Shown here piece after piece: positions 17,194 to 25,128 of a DNA stretch of 59,486 nt. The notes below the pieces were generated by a model, which made no database searches, had not been told where the DNA came from, and was given only the letters and a program-made list of their open reading frames with translations. The DNA is from Candidatus Poseidoniales archaeon (GTDB lineage: Archaea > Thermoplasmatota > Poseidoniia > Poseidoniales > Poseidoniaceae): assembly GCA_003602535.1 (NCBI GenBank), contig QQSA01000075.1:3853-63338 (forward strand), given 5' to 3'. Positions within the stretch are counted from its first letter, which is position 1; each line of letters begins with the position of its first letter. The position numbers and the translations under genes are program-made.

Positions 17194-18358
17194 TCACAGA
17201 ACGTATAGCATCGCACATATCCGATTCTTTTTCAAGAATGAAATGAGCTCCATGTGAATCAACAAGCCATCCTCTAGGCTTGTCTTCTTTGCCATAATCT
17301 TCTATTCTATTTGCGATAGTTGCATTCATTCCTGAAGTCTCAATCTGGGCTACAGCACGATGAACCAAATCTTTCTGTTTGATTCCACTTTCCAACTTGA
17401 AACCGATTCTAGTGGAACCTTTACACAATTCTTTCAATTCCATTATGTGCTTTGCACCTTCTTGTAATTGGATATCTAGTTGGCCCTGAAGTGATGCGAT
17501 TTTACCTTCGACAGGTTTAGGAATCACATAATCGAGTACTGCAGCTGCATGAATCCAGACATTGATACTGTCTTTGGTTAGAGCTTTCAATTCAGCCAAC
17601 ATATAATCGGGGTCAGGGCATTTAATCTCCAAAGGTAACCAACTTGGACATTCAACGGTCGTAACTCCACTAACGCAAGTTACATCCATTCCGTGTCGGT
17701 ACAAATCATCTGCAATTAGATAGCCTGTACGCCCACTTGATGTATTTTGAACAAACCTAACATCGTCGATTGCACTTCTGGTTGCACCTAAGGTGACAAC
17801 TACCGATGTTGAATTTTGATTGACAAAGTTTGCCAGTCTTGCTACAGTTTCTTCGTGATTAGGGTTTTTCCTTTTCCCTTCTTCTTCAGCACCCCATAGG
17901 ATTCTAACTCCGGATTTGACACATTGCATGACCAAATCTTCAGTCACAGGATCGTTTGCAAGATCATTATGCATTGAAGGTACCATCATTATTGGAGTAT
18001 TCCTACCTCTTGCTGCAGAGAGTGCCATCAAGAGTGGACCGTTCATTAATCCATGAATAAACGACGCCATTATATTGCGAGTGGCAGGAGTTACAAGTAC
18101 GGCATCAAAGTTTGACAACCCGGAAAGATCTCCATCCCAATCGGTAATAACCTCGCCTTGTGAAGCCCAACGAACAGCGAGTGGAGTTACAATTTCCTGA
18201 GCAGATGGTGTCATAATTACTGTCACTTCAGCACCATGACGTCTCAATTCGCGAGCAAGCCTAACGGTATCGACTGCAGCGATACCACCAGTGACGCCCA
18301 ACAATATGTGACGGCCCTGTAGGGAATCACCACGGAGCTCGACGTCGGTGTCTCGCAT
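17177..18358 (-). CDS. coaBC: bifunctional phosphopantothenoylcysteine decarboxylase / phosphopantothenate-cysteine ligase
   Basis: N-terminal flavoprotein motif ILLGVTGGIAAVDT and PATRNIMA. The C-terminal CoaB half contains SSGRTG. 393 aa. Confidence 0.9.
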   Translation of the reverse strand: MRDTDVELRGDSLQGRHILLGVTGGIAAVDTVRLARELRRHGAEVTVIMTPSAQEIVTPLAVRWASQGEVITDWDGDLSGLSNFDAVLVTPATRNIMASFIHGLMNGPLLMALSAARGRNTPIMMVPSMHNDLANDPVTEDLVMQCVKSGVRILWGAEEEGKRKNPNHEETVARLANFVNQNSTSVVVTLGATRSAIDDVRFVQNTSSGRTGYLIADDLYRHGMDVTCVSGVTTVECPSWLPLEIKCPDPDYMLAELKALTKDSINVWIHAAAVLDYVIPKPVEGKIASLQGQLDIQLQEGAKHIMELKELCKGSTRIGFKLESGIKQKDLVHRAVAQIETSGMNATIANRIEDYGKEDKPRGWLVDSHGAHFILEKESDMCDAIRSVIENNR

Positions 18359-18432
18359 GTTTGGGGCACAAGCACCTGCTTCAATACGGCTTCGCCGGTT
18401 GTTTCAACAACAAATGACCCTTCGGGGGGGGT

Positions 18433-18993
18433 ATGTCGAGTGCTGATGACATGGTCTTAGCAGGTTCTAGGCCGTCTAATACTAATCCAATTGATTCGAC
18501 TCATAATCGGATTGCAACAGTATTGATTTTTTATTCAATCAATCTTTTCTTAATTCCAAGTTTGATTACTTTAGAAGGTCCTTACAATTACTTGAAGTAT
18601 ATTCCAGCCGTTACCTGTATATTTGTATGGTCTTCATACAGAAATAAAGCAGATTGGGCCTACTGGATGGCACCTTTAGTAATAGGAACATGTCTTTTCC
18701 TATTCTGGGTATCTGTACTACTATTTGCGCCATCTATTTTGTTTATTTTGTTGATGGGTTGGGTTACTTTCTCTGGTGTGAGAATGATAAGAATCCATTT
18801 CCATCCGGTCTACAAGATGGGTTATAGCGGTCATTCAGTTTACAATGAGAACATCAATCTAGCTGCAAATGAAATGTTAGCAGCATGCCCGACATGTCTA
18901 GCAGTTCTAGCAGTGAATCCTCTACTGTTATCACCTGAGGACAGATGTCCTCATTGCGATTCGCCATTAGTTTTCGGGAATGAAGAGGAATGA
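18433..18993 (+). CDS. hypothetical membrane protein with C-terminal zinc ribbon
   Basis: Four hydrophobic helices, then CPTC...x21...CPHC. No family recognised. Confidence 0.55.
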   Translation: MSSADDMVLAGSRPSNTNPIDSTHNRIATVLIFYSINLFLIPSLITLEGPYNYLKYIPAVTCIFVWSSYRNKADWAYWMAPLVIGTCLFLFWVSVLLFAPSILFILLMGWVTFSGVRMIRIHFHPVYKMGYSGHSVYNENINLAANEMLAACPTCLAVLAVNPLLLSPEDRCPHCDSPLVFGNEEE

Positions 18994-19001
18994 GTTCCTA
19001 A

Positions 19002-20027
19002 TCAGCGACTTGCTAGAGTCAAGTTCTTCCACATGTCTTCTGGAACTTCCATAGCCAATCTAAGACCGCCCATAGCTCCTAAGCGAACTGGATCATCTAC
19101 GACGTGAACATTGACTTCACCCATGTCTGACAATCTTCGCTCAATTAGTGCTCCAAGCCCTTTGATTCCAGAACCTCCGCCTGCAAGAACCATGTTCCTG
19201 CGGAATTCATCATGGAATTCAGGGTTTGATTCTGCGATTAGCGCCTTAACATTTTCAACGATTGGGTCTACAATTGACTCACAAGCGTTCTGTACACAAT
19301 CAGTAATGTCCAGTGACATTGCTTTTCCTTCGATTGAGAAGTCTACCATAATTGGGTCGTCTGGTGTGTTGGTCGAAACAAAGGAATACTGTTCCTTCCA
19401 TCTTCGAGCCATATCTTTTGTGACCTGAGCTCCATTGTATTTCTTCTGAACTTCAACGATAATCTGGTTGTCAACATAGTCTCCAGCATATCCTGTGTGC
19501 ATCTGATCTTTAGGTCCTGGAATTGTTCCATATACTCTACAAAGGTCAGTTGTTCCTGCTCCGATGTCGATGACTAGAGTGTGCTCAATCATGTCCAATG
19601 CGTAAGCAACAGCGAAAGGCTCTGAGATAATCATAGCTGCATTTACTGAACCAGCAGCAGCATCGAAGATAGATGTCTTGTCAACGTGGCTTGCCTCAGC
19701 AGGCGCACCAATTACCGCTACAACACGGTCGTAATCCTCTGGATCGGATAGTCCAATCAAATGAGTGATGAAATGTGCAATAAATTCACGATCTTCAGGA
19801 GTGTCTTTGATTACACCCAGTTCCAATGGTCGGAACAAATTCAATGCTAGTCTGTTCTTTAGAGCTTCTTCTCCAAATAAAACATCTCTTTTCAGGAAGT
19901 TTCGTGCTATCGGGTCCTTAGGTGTTCCAATTACAGTAAGCTCCTCTTCTTCGTGGCTGTCACTGGATACCATAACAGAGCGGAAGGTTCCAAGGTCAAT
20001 TCCAATGTAAAGTACTTCTTCGGCCAT
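19002..20027 (-). CDS. actin-fold ATPase (MreB/MamK/Ta0583-like)
   Basis: Phosphate-1 motif IGIDLGT, phosphate-2 motif VIDIGAGTTDL and adenosine motif LAGGGSGIKGL are in the expected order and spacing. 341 aa. Confidence 0.8.
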   Translation of the reverse strand: MAEEVLYIGIDLGTFRSVMVSSDSHEEEELTVIGTPKDPIARNFLKRDVLFGEEALKNRLALNLFRPLELGVIKDTPEDREFIAHFITHLIGLSDPEDYDRVVAVIGAPAEASHVDKTSIFDAAAGSVNAAMIISEPFAVAYALDMIEHTLVIDIGAGTTDLCRVYGTIPGPKDQMHTGYAGDYVDNQIIVEVQKKYNGAQVTKDMARRWKEQYSFVSTNTPDDPIMVDFSIEGKAMSLDITDCVQNACESIVDPIVENVKALIAESNPEFHDEFRRNMVLAGGGSGIKGLGALIERRLSDMGEVNVHVVDDPVRLGAMGGLRLAMEVPEDMWKNLTLASR

Positions 20028-20124
20028 AATACTCGCCGTTTCATGCGATTGGCTCTCGCCTTATGAATAATCCCTAAACTATCAAATGCTTATGATGTGA
20101 TAATTCAATCTATAAACCGGTGTA

Positions 20125-21135
20125 CTAACACCAACTTTCACATGATTGGCAGTACCATGCGGCATAGTCAGCATAAAGCTCTGCCATTTCGCCACATCCA
20201 GTACATTCTTTGAGCGCGTGATCACCAAAAATTTGCTGAACTATCTGTACGTGTAATGGATCATCGATACCTAATTGTTGACGCATAGCCCACAACATTT
20301 GATCTTCAGATGGCGAAATAATTCCATCTGCCAAACAAATCTCCACTACTACACGGTAGTCTTCAACCATTCTGATATCTCGTGGGTCCATCGATACACC
20401 GGACTTTTCTGCAACTATGTCGGTACCACCTGGGTCATCAACGAAAATTACCAAAGAATCAGGGTTCAACTCATCACTTCTCATTTCTAGCAAGATTATG
20501 TGTCCTTCTTGATTTGCGTAAACCAATTTGGAGAATCGATTGATGACATTTGTTATCGATCTTGCAGTGTCATCTGCACTTCTTCCTCTCCTCCATCCAG
20601 TTTCACTCATCTCATCATATGCATAGAACTCAGTTCCAATTCCTGGATATTCCAGGCGAACTTCTTCCCCACCATCGAATCCATTGGCTACAATTGTGAT
20701 GCTTCCCACCGTTGTATCTACTAAATTATCATCATCATCGAACGAAATCATTAGTGGTTTTCTCTCTTCAGCAGCGGCATTAAAATGACCACTCATTCCA
20801 CTCATCCATTTATCTTCAAGGCGTTGAAGTGATGCCTCTTGTTCACCTGAAAGTCCCTTGTTAATTCCAAGAACATTGGATAGATCTCCACTCTCCATTT
20901 CGCGCTTAAATTCTTCAATCAACTCTGAATCTCTACGATAATTATCAGGAGGTCCACTCTTTTTGGCTACATGGTTTGGGTCTTTCCATTCATACTGGCA
21001 TCGTGCACAGCTAAGGTATCCTGGCAAACTTGAAGGTTGCTTTTCACCACCACATCGTGGGCAATCACCTTCTTCTAAAACACTTAGATTTTCAGCGGCT
21101 TCCCGTCTTCCTTTCCGGAACCCCCACTCGGCCAT
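20125..21135 (-). CDS. hypothetical protein with N- and C-terminal zinc ribbons and a TerB-like segment
   Basis: CPRCGG...CARC at the N-terminus and CTGCG...CQSC at the C-terminus. The segment ICLADGIISPSEDQMLWAMRQQLG resembles the ADG..S..E motif of the 1713-2642 protein. Confidence 0.6.
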   Translation of the reverse strand: MAEWGFRKGRREAAENLSVLEEGDCPRCGGEKQPSSLPGYLSCARCQYEWKDPNHVAKKSGPPDNYRRDSELIEEFKREMESGDLSNVLGINKGLSGEQEASLQRLEDKWMSGMSGHFNAAAEERKPLMISFDDDDNLVDTTVGSITIVANGFDGGEEVRLEYPGIGTEFYAYDEMSETGWRRGRSADDTARSITNVINRFSKLVYANQEGHIILLEMRSDELNPDSLVIFVDDPGGTDIVAEKSGVSMDPRDIRMVEDYRVVVEICLADGIISPSEDQMLWAMRQQLGIDDPLHVQIVQQIFGDHALKECTGCGEMAELYADYAAWYCQSCESWC

Positions 21136-21183
21136 AAACTAGGGACGATGATGATGGCTTTTGAACACTCCCTTGAAAATTAA

Positions 21184-21981
21184 TTACAATAGGGCTTTCA
21201 AACCATATCTAATCAATCCGTCTTGAGCGTAGATTTTCCTTACTGCAAAACTAACTCTTGAGCCGATTGCAATTTCACCATCATTGTCGTCAGCAACTAG
21301 GAATACTCCGCAAGGTCCATCATCTAGCCGCACGAATACTGTGCCAATTCCCTCGAGAATTGGCGCTCGTAAACTAAATTCCGAAGGAGCTCCTCCAGCA
21401 GATAGTTTTGTCCATGATTCAACAACTCCACCTTGGGACAATGGTGGTGCTTCCTCTGGTCTTTGGTCACCAATCATTTCTCTTGGAGGCCAAATTCGAA
21501 TATCGCCTAACTGTTGACTGGAAAAATTAATTCTCGATGACGCGCCACTTCTGTATGCTTGTTCTGAAACAAACGCACCCTGACTTACAGCTGTCATCTC
21601 TTCAGCCCACGCCTTGGAAATACTATCATGGAATTCAGATTCCATCTCTTCACCCTCAATGTCCCAATCAAGTTCATGAGATCTCGATATCGATAAACAA
21701 GCATTATCTACGGAACATTGAATCGACCAAACTGAATTTTCATCTATTAAGTAACCACATGCTTGCAAAACAAACTGGTCTATGTTTTCATCTACTGATA
21801 TGGAATCAATATCACACTCGTCTGACAGCAGTGAAAGCCCGCTTATTGCCAAAGTAGTGTAGTCGCTATCTGGTCCAAAAACATGTATTCCATCAATTGT
21901 ATGGCGACTTTTGATGACCAGTCCTTCTTGTTGCAAGCATGCTAAGTTTCCTTGCCAATTTACACATTGGTTAGAACTCAT
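21184..21981 (-). CDS. DUF35-like OB-fold protein with a novel N-terminal extension (thiolase-associated)
   Basis: The C-terminal roughly 85 aa (GGVVESWTKL...GTVFVRLDDGPCGVFLVADD...IGSRVSFAVRKIY) fits the OB fold of acyl-CoA-associated DUF35 proteins. No CxxC zinc-ribbon pair is present. The ATGA overlap with the thiolase stop suggests translational coupling. Confidence 0.55.
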   Translation of the reverse strand: MSSNQCVNWQGNLACLQQEGLVIKSRHTIDGIHVFGPDSDYTTLAISGLSLLSDECDIDSISVDENIDQFVLQACGYLIDENSVWSIQCSVDNACLSISRSHELDWDIEGEEMESEFHDSISKAWAEEMTAVSQGAFVSEQAYRSGASSRINFSSQQLGDIRIWPPREMIGDQRPEEAPPLSQGGVVESWTKLSAGGAPSEFSLRAPILEGIGTVFVRLDDGPCGVFLVADDNDGEIAIGSRVSFAVRKIYAQDGLIRYGLKALL

Positions 21982-23150
21982 TTCAACTCCCTCCCAAATA
22001 TGTGTACTGCACAGGTTGCACCTGATCCTCCAACATTATGTGTAAGTGCATGTGATGCATCTCTAACTTGTCTATTGGATTCAACCTCACCTCTCAGTTG
22101 TTTGAATACTTCAACTACTTGCCCAGTTCCAGTAGCTCCTAATGGATGTCCCTTAGATTTTAGTCCACCACTTGCATTGATTGTGACTTGACCTTGGTTT
22201 CGAATACCTCTTCCTTCTCTGGCGAATATTCCACCTTCTCCTCTATTTGCAAATCCTAAATCTTCAGTAGCCATCAATTCAGCAATGGTAAAGCAATCAT
22301 GTACTTCTGCTAAATCGATGTCATTTGCGGATAATCCAGCCTGATTATATGCGTTTGTTGCCGCTCTTTGGGTTGCAATTAACTGAGTTATAGAAGGTCT
22401 ATCGTGCAATGCAAGGTGATCACTGCCGGCACCAGAACCTAGTACCCATACAGGATCATCACTCAATTTCTTAGCAACATGGTCAGCTGCGAGTACTACT
22501 GTAGATGCACCATCTGATGTCGGGCAACAATCATACAGAGTAAGTGGATCTGCAACCATGAAACCATTTTGTGCTTTATCAAAAGAAACATCTTTCCTAA
22601 TGTGTGCATATTCGTTATCTAGGCCATGCATGTGATTCTTTACTGAGATGTTTACTAAATCATCATGGACACTACCAAATTCATGGAAATGCCTCCTTGC
22701 CATCAGAGCGTAAGTTCCTGGAAATGTTAGACCTGCTAATCTTTCCCATTCGGTATCGCCACTAACTCCCAGCCAGAATCGCTTTCTTTCAGGAGAAAGG
22801 TCATTCATTTTTTCAATCCCTCCTGCTACAACAATATCTGCTTGCCCACTCTTGATTGCCATCCAGGCATCACGGAATGCAAATCCAGATGAAGCACATG
22901 CATTTTCCACTCTCCTAACCGGAATGTTGTCCATTCCGGTATGCTCTGTCAAGAGTGCGGCTGTATTACCGATTTGACCACCACCAAATGCAATGGATCC
23001 AATAAATGCCTCATCAACCATTGATGGATCAAAATCTCCGTCGATTGAAGCGAATGCATTTTCGGTCGATTCGGCCCACATACCCTTCAATCCAAGAGGA
23101 TGATTTCCGAATTTTGTTTGGCCCGCACCAACCACAGCCACATCGACCAT
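21978..23150 (-). CDS. thiolase (acetyl-CoA acetyltransferase, archaeal/SCP-x type)
   Basis: Active-site region VENACASSG, C-terminal GGLKSKGHPLGATG and NVGGSG. 390 aa. Confidence 0.9.
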   Translation of the reverse strand: MVDVAVVGAGQTKFGNHPLGLKGMWAESTENAFASIDGDFDPSMVDEAFIGSIAFGGGQIGNTAALLTEHTGMDNIPVRRVENACASSGFAFRDAWMAIKSGQADIVVAGGIEKMNDLSPERKRFWLGVSGDTEWERLAGLTFPGTYALMARRHFHEFGSVHDDLVNISVKNHMHGLDNEYAHIRKDVSFDKAQNGFMVADPLTLYDCCPTSDGASTVVLAADHVAKKLSDDPVWVLGSGAGSDHLALHDRPSITQLIATQRAATNAYNQAGLSANDIDLAEVHDCFTIAELMATEDLGFANRGEGGIFAREGRGIRNQGQVTINASGGLKSKGHPLGATGTGQVVEVFKQLRGEVESNRQVRDASHALTHNVGGSGATCAVHIFGRELK

Positions 23151-23231
23151 GACACCTCCACTACCTCACGGTTCAACTAACTCTCGGTCCACAAGGTTCA
23201 ACAACGACCCACCTGTCGCCGGCATGATATT

Positions 23232-23912
23232 ATGCTACGACAATGCAGAACCCACGGTCATTTTAGCGGAACAAACTGCCCTATTTGCAATGCTGAAGGC
23301 AAGTTCATTATGTCTGATAGAGAATCAAACAGTCTTGGCCGCATTCTTGCGCTAGTACTACGACATGCTCCGGAGAAATTCAATGTAGAAATGGATTTGA
23401 ACGGTTGGGTAAACGCCAGAGAGTTGTCTGAATCAATTCAGAAGCAACGCAAGCACTTCCATTGGATTCGTGGATGGCACTTTGAGGCTATTGCTAATGC
23501 AGATGAAAAAGGCAGATACCAAGTTGAAGGTGAAATGATCAGAGCAACCTATGGTCACTCGATTGAATTAGAATTGGATTTACCAACTGATGACATTCCA
23601 GAATCACTGTATTGGCCGTGTGACCCAGAATCAGTACCTACACACATGGAACTAGGAATCACTGCAGGAGATAGAAAGCACGTACACCTTTCTCGAACTA
23701 TTTCAAACGCTATGGAAGCAGGGCATGTTCGAATTAACCGACCTGCAATCTTGGAAGTTGATACCACCAGAGCAATTGCAGATGGATTTACAATCTGGAG
23801 AGCTGGAAAAACAGTATTCCTTTGTGAAGAAATGCCTGCGGAATACCTATTCCACGTAGAGGAAGACGATCCTGCAATACAAGATATGATTGCTACTTGG
23901 GAAGAAGAGTGA
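23232..23912 (+). CDS. kptA: RNA 2'-phosphotransferase Tpt1/KptA with a short N-terminal Cys/His segment
   Basis: LGRILALVLRHAPEKFNVEMDLNGWV and the RATYGHS and HVHLS motifs are typical of Tpt1. The N-terminal CRTHGHFSGTNCPIC is zinc-ribbon-like. An alternative start is at 23310. Confidence 0.8.
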   Translation: MLRQCRTHGHFSGTNCPICNAEGKFIMSDRESNSLGRILALVLRHAPEKFNVEMDLNGWVNARELSESIQKQRKHFHWIRGWHFEAIANADEKGRYQVEGEMIRATYGHSIELELDLPTDDIPESLYWPCDPESVPTHMELGITAGDRKHVHLSRTISNAMEAGHVRINRPAILEVDTTRAIADGFTIWRAGKTVFLCEEMPAEYLFHVEEDDPAIQDMIATWEEE

Positions 23913-24251
23913 TTACTCTAAGTAATTACCACAAGCGGCGCAGAAGTTTAGATCATCTTCCATTGGTGCAGAGCAAGTTGGGCAAATACCACTTGCGATA
24001 GCAATTACCTGTTTTGCCATGTTTGCATTTGTATCGTCCTGCATTGTCAATGCCTGGACTATTTCTAGTGGGTTTTGCCCAAGTTTTGATAATTCTCTGA
24101 AACGCTCGGAGAATTCAATGGCCATCATTAGTGAAGATTCAATCTGCCATTGCCTTTTTTGACGCTCAACCTTGTCCACAATATCCTCGCAAGCATCCAA
24201 TTCTGCTTGCATGTGGCGGATGAATTCATCGACACTCGGTGACTCTGACAT
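23913..24251 (-). CDS. hypothetical small protein with C-terminal zinc ribbon
   Basis: A helical N-terminal part is followed by CPTCSAPMEDDLNFCAACG. Confidence 0.5.
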   Translation of the reverse strand: MSESPSVDEFIRHMQAELDACEDIVDKVERQKRQWQIESSLMMAIEFSERFRELSKLGQNPLEIVQALTMQDDTNANMAKQVIAIASGICPTCSAPMEDDLNFCAACGNYLE

Positions 24252-24319
24252 GATGTGGCCCTATCTCAACTCCCATGTAAATCCAATGCACACATTAGTG
24301 GGAATTGTGTGGCATATGC

Positions 24320-25093
24320 ATGGCCGGGACTGTTGTCATCAAATGGGGAGGTGGTTTAATCACCCACAAAGATCAGTTGTGCACAGTCAATTCCGAAGTC
24401 ATAGAATCGTTAGCAAAAGTATGTGCTGATTCTAGCAAGAGACTAGTAATAGTCCATGGAGCAGGCTCTTTTGGACATATGAAAGCAAAAAAATTCCGTT
24501 TAGCTGAGGGTCGCATAAAGGGAATGAATCAAGATGATGCAGTTGAATCTGTTCGATCTGATATGAAGTTACTAAACAAATTCGTCATGGAGGCACTACA
24601 GCGTGCAGGTGTTGAAGCGAAATCGTTTCCTCCTCATGAATGGGCTTTAGGTACAGGTCCAAATTTTGAAGGAGAACTCCCAATATTCGATGGTGTAACG
24701 GTTGTTTTTGGTGATGTTGTTGAAGACAAGGAAAAGGAATTTGGAATCTTATCTGGAGATGATTTGATATTGCGATATTCAAAAGAGCTAGATGGAGTAG
24801 AAAGAGCAGTATTTGCAATCGGTGGAGTTGATGGGATATTGCGTGTCCCTCCGGGGAGAGCAGGTGCTGATGACTTGATTGAAGTGTGGAATCCTGATGT
24901 TGAATTCGAAGGCGAGCATGCTAGCGAAATAGATGTGACTGGGGGAATTGGGCTTAAAGCAGCTAGAGGCGCAGAGATTTCAAAAAATGGAATCGATGTA
25001 ATCTTGGTTAATGGTGAGTTTCCGAGTCGCGTTTTAGATGCGATTGAAGGAAAATCTGTAATTGGAACACGTATAATGTCAGGGAACTCTTGA
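24320..25093 (+). CDS. ipk: isopentenyl phosphate kinase
   Basis: Amino-acid-kinase fold motifs VIKWGGGLITHKD and VHGAGSFGH. About 257 aa. The ATG at 24320 is preferred over the TTG at 24305. Confidence 0.85.
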   Translation: MAGTVVIKWGGGLITHKDQLCTVNSEVIESLAKVCADSSKRLVIVHGAGSFGHMKAKKFRLAEGRIKGMNQDDAVESVRSDMKLLNKFVMEALQRAGVEAKSFPPHEWALGTGPNFEGELPIFDGVTVVFGDVVEDKEKEFGILSGDDLILRYSKELDGVERAVFAIGGVDGILRVPPGRAGADDLIEVWNPDVEFEGEHASEIDVTGGIGLKAARGAEISKNGIDVILVNGEFPSRVLDAIEGKSVIGTRIMSGNS

Positions 25094-25128
25094 TGTAGTG
25101 GACGCGAAACCGGTAATTCGGTGAGTGA

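Noticed and set aside
23167-23205. Direct repeat GGTTCAAC...GGTTCAAC in the thiolase/kptA divergent spacer
   Set aside because: An 8-bp repeat occurring twice could arise by chance, and I could not see it recurring in other spacers of the window.
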